From: Octopus sinensis
Lineage: Eukaryota
NCBI RefSeq assembly: GCF_006345805.1
Contig: NC_043024.1
Coordinates: 12,028,001-12,092,000 of the forward strand
Direction: 5' to 3'
DNA length: 64,000 nt
Part shown: positions 56,180 through 64,000 of the stretch, piece after piece
Position numbering within the stretch: the stretch's first letter is position 1
Layout: each line of letters begins with the position of its first letter
Notes under the pieces: model-generated
What the model was told of the DNA's origin: nothing
Seen by the model: only the letters and a program-made list of their open reading frames with translations
The model's database searches: none
Program-made: the position numbers and the translations under genes

Positions 56180-56630
56180 TCGACGGTTCCTTCCAACCAA
56201 TTTTGTTATATATTTTCTTAAATAATAAAGAAAAATGCTTGTGATATATATCGTATACGCCCACGCCCGAGCTCATAGACACATGTATACACTCGCACGC
56301 ATACACCCACACTCGTGCGCACGCCGTACATAGGGAAGAGGTTGAGTTTCGAGAGTGTATGTATGTATGTATGTATGTATGTATGTGTATGTATGTATGT
56401 GTATGTGTGCATGTGCGTTGAGGTCTGTATGTGTGCTCCGTTTATGTATTCGTATGCGTGTGGTGTCGGAGCAGGCGAGAGACTTCTTTGGGAACTTTCA
56501 AGAATTATGTCAATGCCACGGAAAAGAACTTTGATGACGTGCAATTCTTGTGACTACTTTTACCATTCTTACAATACACCTCACTCTACCCTCACTTTCT
56601 CTCTTTGCTTTTCTCTGTCAATCTGTCTCT

Positions 56631-56668
<38 letters not shown>

Positions 56669-57409
56669 GCGCGCACACGCACACAGACATAGACACAGAC
56701 ACACACACACACAAAATAATATGATCTTAATTATTTTACTGATTCCACGATTAAAATTTTTTCCGGAAATTTCAACTTATACAAACGGTTTCTGGTGAGG
56801 AAAAGTGTCCACTTATATGCATTCTTCTAAGTCCATATCTGCCAAAGTTTTGATTGAGGACATGTATATTCATAATGATGATGGCTGCCCCCTTTGTGAG
56901 CGAGGAAGACCATCGATGACCCATTAAGCATATTGTGCACTCAGATATAATTATACTGAAGCCCTTCATGAAGAACCATCAAATGACATCTTTATAAGCT
57001 CAGCCTTGGGAACCGACGTTGTCGAGAAGCCCTTCATGAACTGACTAATGACCAGCTTCAAAGACGTTTAGACGTTTGTTAACAACTCTGGCCAAATCGT
57101 CCAGATGTCAGTTTTGGGCGTCGAACTGTAACTGCAGATGAAAAATGGATCTATTTTCGTAATCCTAATAAGAGAAATCAGTGGTTCATTCCGGCCAGGC
57201 TTCAGTATCTGTTGTCAAACAAAGGCAGTTTGAAGAGAAGGTCATGTTTGTGTGTTTGGTGGAATTTCAAACTGGTGTAGCACTTTGAGCTTCTCCTAGA
57301 TGGCCATGCTGGGAACGCTAAACTTTATGCAAAACAACAGCAACGAGTATATGAGGCTTTGAAAACCCGCTACTCAGCATTGGTAGAGAAACTGTACTGA
57401 AGCCCGACA

Positions 57410-57443
<34 letters not shown>

Positions 57444-57650
57444 TCTTTATATTTGCGTTTGCTATCCTCAACGTTTGACATCGGTGTAGGTTTGTTTACG
57501 ACCTCGCAATTCAGCGCTTCGAAAAATAGAATTCCATAGAAATGACTGAAAAAGTGTAAGATGGAGGATCTTCATTGAAATCGTGTAAGAATTACTGATT
57601 TCAGAGGAAAGTACAAAAAAAAAAAATTAAACTATTAAATTAAAAAGAAA

Positions 57651-57722
57651 TGCGTCAGCAGGGAGTCGAACCCGGATCGACTGCTTGGAAGGCAACCATG
57701 CTAACCGTTACACCACTGACGC
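57651..57722 (-). tRNA. tRNA-Gly(TCC), one T-stem mismatch
   Basis: CCCTG instead of CCCGG in the 3' T-stem; otherwise identical. Confidence 0.75.
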
Positions 57723-59252
57723 TCGACGGTTCCTTCCAACCAATTTTGTTATATATTTTCTTAAATAATAAAGAAAAATGCTTGTGAATATATACGTATA
57801 CGCCCACGCCCGAGCTCATAGACACATGTATACACTCGCACGCATACACCCACACTCGTGCGCACGCACGTACATAGGGAAGAGGTTGAGTTTCGAAAGA
57901 GTGTATGTATGTATGTATGTTTGCATGTATGTATGTATGTATGTATGTATGTATGTATGTATGTATGTATGTATGTATGTGCATGTGCGTTGAGGTCTGT
58001 AAGTGTGGTCCGTATATGTATTCGTATGGATGTGGTGTCGGAGCAGGCGAGAGATTTCTTTGGGAAGCTTTCAAGAATTATGTCAATGCCACGGAAAAGA
58101 ACCTTGATGACGTGCAATTCCTGTGACCTACTTTTACCATTCTTACAACACAGCTCACTCTCCCCTCACTTTCTCTCTTTTCTTTTCTTTGTCAATCTGT
58201 CGATCTATCTGTCTGTCTCTCTCTCTCTTTACGCGCGCGCACACGCACACAGACACAGACATAGACGCACACTCACACACACACACAAAATGATATGATC
58301 TTACTTATTTTACTGATTCCACGATTAAAAAATTATTCCGGAAATTTCAACTTATACAAACGGTTTCTGGTGAGGAAAAGTGTCCACTTATATGCATTCC
58401 TCTAAGTCCATATCTGCCAAAGTTTTGATTGAGGATATGTCTATTCATGATGATGATGGCTGTCCCCTTTGTGAGCGAGGAAGACCATCGCAGACCATTA
58501 AGCACATTGTGCACTCAGACATGAGTATACTTTACACTTGTGAACTTACTGGTGACTGATGAGCCCACCCTTGAGAAACACACACGTCCGCGTCTATAGC
58601 TGACCAAACTGTTCACATTCACGCCTACTAAATTAGTAGGCACAGGAGTGGCTGTGTGGTAAGTAGCTTGTTTACCAGCCACATGGTTCCGGGTTCAGTC
58701 CCACTGCGTGGCACCTTGGGCAAGTGGCTGTGGGGTAAGTAGCTTGTTTACCAACCACATGGTTCCGGGTTCAGTCCCACTGCGTGGCACCTTGGGCAAG
58801 TGTCTTCTACTATAGCCTCGGGCCGACCAAAGCTTTGTGAGTGGATTTTGTAGACGGAAACTGAAAGAAGCCCGTCGTATATATGTATATACATATATAT
58901 ATATATATGCATGTGTGTGTTTGTGTGTCAGTGTTTGTCCGCCTAGCATTGCTTGACAACCGATGCTGGTGTGTTTATGTCGCCGTTACTTAGCGGTTCG
59001 GCAAAAGAGGCCGATAGAATAAGCACCGGGCTTACAAAAGAATGTCCCGGGGTCGAGTTGCTCGATTAAAGGCGGTGCTCCAGCATGGCCGCAGTCAAAT
59101 GACTGAAACAAGTAAAAGAGTAAAAAGAGTAGTAAAATATAAGATATTTATTTATACATAAAAATAGGGGTGGGCTGCTGAGGGTACTACGTGTCCACGA
59201 GGTAGGCGGTGACCCGAAAAGCATAAGGACCTCTGGAGTAAGGTTGATGGGG

Positions 59253-59422
59253 TTACTCCGCCGCTGGCTGGGCCTGTGCAGTTCTTTCTTTGTCTTTATC
59301 TGCCTGATATTTCTTAATCCTTCGGATTACCACCACAGTGACAAAACTCACATGCAGAATCAGCAGCAGCATCATTAAAGAAAATTCGAAGTACTTCCAT
59401 TGGTCAGAGGAAAAAAACCCAC
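59253..59422 (-). CDS. Micropeptide family terminal exon (copy C)
   Basis: ctttctttcag|GT acceptor; (G)GFFSSDQWKYFEFSLMMLLLILHVSFVTVVVIRRIKKYQADKDKERTAQAQPAAE*; AATAAA at 59152-59147. Confidence 0.68.
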
Positions 59423-59559
59423 CTGAAAGAAAGAAGGAGAGAAAGAAAGAAAGATGTCTGTATATCTATATATCTATGTTGTCATCTATCTAGACTTAAA
59501 CAAACATACATGCAGATATATATATATTATATATATATATATATATATAATATATATAT

Positions 59560-59620
<61 letters not shown>

Positions 59621-59717
59621 ATATATATACCTATATATATATATATATGTAGGTCCCGGGTTGAGTCGGGGTTAACCACAGTAAATAAGGTACTCAATAC
59701 ATAGCAGAGTAAATTAA

Positions 59718-59795
59718 TTTATTTTATAGAAGGAGCTTCCTGATGATTTCTTTTGAATGAAACAGTTCTAGTCCTGTAGAAGCTCCTTCTATAAA

Positions 59796-59800
<5 letters not shown>
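59718..59800 (+). ncRNA. Type I hammerhead ribozyme motif with 22-bp stem I
   Basis: ...GGAGCUUC-CUGAUGA-UUUC UUUU GAAU-GAAA-CAG UUCUAGUC CUG-UA-GAAGCUCC... Confidence 0.62.
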
Positions 59801-59833
<33 letters not shown>

Positions 59834-59887
59834 TACTAAACTACAGACATACGAATACATACAAACACACACACACACACGTATCCA

Positions 59888-59945
<58 letters not shown>

Positions 59946-59982
59946 TATTTATGCATATATTCATATATATATTATCTATATA

Positions 59983-60054
<72 letters not shown>

Positions 60055-60059
60055 CTATA

Positions 60060-60090
<31 letters not shown>

Positions 60091-60608
60091 GTATCTATAT
60101 ATATATACGTATATATATATATATATTCATATATGCATATATATATGCAGGCACACATATGTATATACATACATACATTATATATATACATATATATCAT
60201 ATATATATTATATATATTATATTATATATTATAATATATATATTATATATATATAATATATATAATATATAAATATTATATATATAATATATATATATAT
60301 ATATATTATATATATAATACATATATATATATTATATATTATAAATATTTATGTAATATTATATATATATATATGTATAATATTTATTATAAATATATAT
60401 TAATTATATATATATTATATATATATATTGTGAATCTTCTCTGGATTGCTTCAAGGTCCGCTGTCAATCTCACACTGGTGGTGACCATTGCTGTGAGCAG
60501 TAATCCAGGCGGCTGAGGACGAATGTCCGCCAGAGGACCATCATGGTTTCCTTATCTCTGGTTCTGAATGTTCTCAGGATCCATCCAGCCGGTCGTCTGC
60601 ACTTATAT

Positions 60609-60657
<49 letters not shown>

Positions 60658-60697
60658 CATACATACATACATACATATATATATATATTATATATAT

Positions 60698-60753
<56 letters not shown>

Positions 60754-61135
60754 AATGTATATAATATATCGATCAAGGAGTGATAGGTGGACGGATTGCA
60801 TAGGTTCTCAAAGTTGATGCTACCGCCCCCAGTGGGGTTGAGACGGTCCAAGTGAGCCCTGATGCTTAAGGAAATGTAGGGGAGTGTGGTAGAGAAAAAG
60901 GAGGCGTTGGTAGGAAGGCAGTGGATTGGGGGACCCTATAAATATATTATATTATCATAGTAGTGTATACAAATTATATAATATTATATTAAATATCAAA
61001 TGATTCAAAGTATATATAAATTAGTAAAATATAAAATATTTATTTATACATAAATATAGGGGTGGGGCGCTGGGGGTATTATGTGGCCATGAGCGAGGTG
61101 GGGCCCCGAAAAGCATGAGGACCTCTGGAGTAGGG

Positions 61136-61314
61136 TTATTCCGCTTGCTGGGTCATCGCACCCGCTGGGTTCTGTGCGTTTCTTTCTCTATTGGCCTCAC
61201 ATTTCTTAATCCTTCGGATTACAACCACAGTGACAAAACTCACATGCAGAATCAGCAACAGCATCATTAAAGAAAATTCGAAGTACTTCCATTGGTCAGA
61301 GGAAAAAAACCCAC
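61136..61314 (-). CDS. Micropeptide family terminal exon (copy D)
   Basis: tatttcag|GT acceptor; (G)GFFSSDQWKYFEFSLMMLLLILHVSFVTVVVIRRIKKCEANRERNAQNPAGAMTQQAE*; same 179-nt coding length as copy B exon 2; AATAAA at 61044-61039. Confidence 0.7.
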
Positions 61315-62006
61315 CTGAAATAATGAAAGAGAGAAAGAACGAAAGAAAGAAAGAAGGAAGTATTTTCAAGAAGAATCCATCTTCATATCTATCTGTATAT
61401 TTATATCTGTATATCTATGTAGTCATCTATCTACACTTACTTACACAAACCGCCCAGAGGAATATAATTTGCAGTATGCAGTCCTGCAAATTATATTCAT
61501 TTGGACGGTCGCACCGATGATCTACGGATATTTATGTAAGTAAAATTACGTAATATATTAATAGTGAAACATGTATGTGAATAATCCATATTTTTATTGC
61601 TTTTTCTTTTGTCTTGCTCGATTACATTTTGGTTGTTTTGCTGAATTTTTCTTGAGAGCATTTTTTAGTGGTAAGGCCATAGCGGATCTATTTCTAGCAT
61701 AAGGGGGTGTCCACATAGTGGTTTCCCTCTAATATATATGTATATATGTATATATATATTTATATATATATATAAGCACTCTGATATGATCAATGGAACA
61801 GCTTTCTCGTGAAATTAACATGCATGTGGCTGAGCACTCCGCAGACACGTGTACCCTTAACGTAGTTCTCAGGAACATTTAGCGTGACACAGAGTGTGAC
61901 AAGGCTGGCCTTTTGAAATACAGGTACAACTAAATTTTGCCAGCCGAGTGGACTGGAGTAACATGAAGTAAAGTGTCTTGTTTTTTCATTCCTCTATCTT
62001 TTACAC

Positions 62007-62226
62007 CAGTGCTTTTCAAACTTTTTTGCTGGAGCAGAACCCCAAGGAAACATTCCACTGGCTCGAGGAACCCCTGTGCAATAATTTAATAGTTTTATGC
62101 ACACATATCTGCACAGGAGACTTAAAAATTACTTCCGATTTTAGCAGTTTTGTAACTTCTTGCGGAACCCCTGGACTGTACTGGCGGAACCCTAAGGTTC
62201 CGCGGAACCCTGGTTGAAAACCACTG
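62007..62226. mobile_element. hAT-type MITE
   Basis: Same element as 31470-31688; perfect 8-bp TSD TTTTACAC. Confidence 0.85.
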
Positions 62227-63050
62227 TTTTACACTATAATACCTTTCTCTCTCTATCCCCTACTTTCAAATTATCTCCACTGACCACTGACCAGCCTATA
62301 TCTCTTTTACTCCCTTTTACTTGTTTCAATCATTTGACTGCGGCCATGCTGGTGCACCGCCTTTAGTCGAGCAAATCGACCCCGGGACTTATTCTTTGTA
62401 AGCCCAGTACTTATTCTATCGGTCTCTTTTGACGAACTGCTATTCTTTTTTCTTTTCCTTTTTCCCTTTATTCATATTTTCAGGAATTTTATTCTTTATT
62501 GTATTTGTTGTAATTTTTACTAATCTTCTTTCTTCTTTCTCTTTCATTCTTTCTTTCTCTCCTCCTTTCTCTCCTCCTTTCTCACTCTCTCTCTCTCTCT
62601 TTCCTTCCTCTCTTCTTGTTTTCAATTTAACCATACTAATAAACTCCCTATTTCTAGGTCAGCAATACTCGACAACCAAAAAAGAGAAAAAAAAAATAAC
62701 GAATCCACCCATGGTTCCGGGTTCAGTCCCACTGCGTTGCACCTTGGGCAAGTGTCTTCTACTATAGCCTCCGGCCGACCAAAGGCTTGTGAGTGGATTT
62801 GGTAGACGGAAACTGAAAGAAGCCCGTCGTATATATGTATGTATATGTGTATATGTTTGTCCCCCCCAACATCGCTTGACAACCGATGCTGTTGTGTTTA
62901 CGTCCCCGTAACTTAGCAGTTCGGCAAAAGAAACCGATAGAATAAGTACTAGGCTTACAAAGAATAAGGCCTGCGGTCGATTTGCTCGACTGAAAGCGGT
63001 GCTCCAGCATGGCCGCAGTCAAATGACTGAAACACGTAAAGAGTAAAAGA

Positions 63051-63095
<45 letters not shown>

Positions 63096-63198
63096 ATATA
63101 TAATATACATACACACACGCACGCTCGGGCGCGCGCACTCACGTATAATACATATCTTTTCAGATATCATCAGAAAAAGGTAATTAAAATTCATTACA

Positions 63199-64000
63199 AT
63201 GGCAGATCTATCGGACTTTCAAAGAGGTCAAATTGTTGGTGCTCGTATGACAGGCGTTAGCGTAACGAAAACAGCCGAAATGTTTGGTGTATCAAGAAGT
63301 ACTGTCTCGAAAGTAATGACAGCCTTTGAGAAAGAGGGGAAAACCTCCTCGTCGAAACAAAACTTCGGAAGAAAACCAAAACTTTTAGATAAGAACCGTC
63401 GGACTCTAACGTGAACTGTTAGAAAGGATCACAAAAGTACAGCTCCCAAAATTACTGCAGAGCTTAATGATCACCTCGAGAACCCAGATTCCAAAAAAAA
63501 AAAAAAGGGGACCTGTACAAAGCTGGATTTTACGGGAGGGCTGCCATCAGAAAACCACTACTTTTAAAAACCAAGCGTTGCAAAGCTTTTTGAGTGGAGT
63601 AAAAACCTACAGAATTGGTCCCTAAAGCAGTGGAAGAACGTTATTTTCTCGGACGAGTCACCCTTTACCTTATTTCCGACCAGCAGCCGAATATACGTGT
63701 AGAGATAGCCAAAAGAAGCATTTGACCCAGACTGCCTTCTTCCAACTGTTAAACATGGAGAAGGATCTGTGATGATCTGGGAGGGCTATATCTTGGAAAT
63801 CCACCGGCCCAATGGTTTCCCTTCATTGCAGAATTAATAGACAAGACCATTTAAGCATTTTATCTGATCAAATTTATCCTATGGTTGCGGAACTGTTTCT
63901 GGAGGGAAACGCAATCTTTCAGGATGATAATGCACCAATTCACACAGCTAAAGTTGTTACTGAATGATACGAGGAGCATTCTAGTGAAGTTGAACATTTT
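63199..64000 (+). mobile_element. Tc1-family transposase pseudogene (runs off window)
   Basis: DLSDFQRGQIVGAR, GRKPKL, WKNVIFSDES, TVKHGEGSVMIW, FQDDNAPIHT; several stops and frameshifts. Confidence 0.9.

Larger units (their letters stand above)
50740..58520. repeat. ~1.53-kb tandem repeat carrying tRNA-Gly genes (5 tRNA copies; detached unit at 47350-48660)
   Basis: tRNA 3' ends at 51387, 53050, 54581, 56108, 57651; shared spacer with mariner fragment, SINE relic and microsatellites. Confidence 0.92.

Noticed and set aside
51387-57722. Link between GGA-decoding tRNA array and GGA-rich mucin exon
   Set aside because: tRNAs act in trans and GGT is also frequent in the exon; proximity is not evidence.
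61594-61680. Minus-strand ATG GCC TTA CCA CTA (MALPL) resembling micropeptide exon 1 (MFLPL)
   Set aside because: No phase-1 donor at the expected position and the frame runs into a stop; likely coincidence in a TE remnant.

Overview
AT- and microsatellite-rich animal genomic DNA. The repeat landscape (several tRNA-derived SINE families, Penelope-like pieces, Helitron/hAT/piggyBac/mariner MITEs) suggests a coleoid cephalopod, probably Octopus (inference; no search run). 1-28685 (+): 3' part of a very large SCO-spondin-like/gel-forming mucin-like gene. It has a >4.1-kb Pro/Thr/Ser repeat exon plus 16 small exons that I joined by hand with GT-AG sites and consistent phases (7 TSP1, 2 TIL, 4 VWC-like modules, C-terminal cystine knot). 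Best novelty candidate (36.8-61.3 kb): a family of ~70-aa single-pass membrane micropeptide genes that the ORF track does not show intact. It comprises one complete two-exon gene (42855-42888 + 44475-44653), an inverted sister copy with a triplicated first exon and no second exon, and two tandem paralogous terminal exons on the minus strand (59253-59422, 61136-61314). All three terminal exons share YxE-x4-M-x-L-x2-LHV-x3-T-x-V-x2-RRxK. Between these copies lie a 9 x 110-bp structured GC-rich array and a ~1.53-kb tandem array of tRNA-Gly(TCC) genes with mariner-derived spacers. Also present: two type-I hammerhead ribozyme motifs, a 5.8S/ITS2 rDNA fragment in an intron, a degenerate Tc1 transposase at the right edge and a 100-N gap. 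All coordinates were read by eye; repeat boundaries are approximate.
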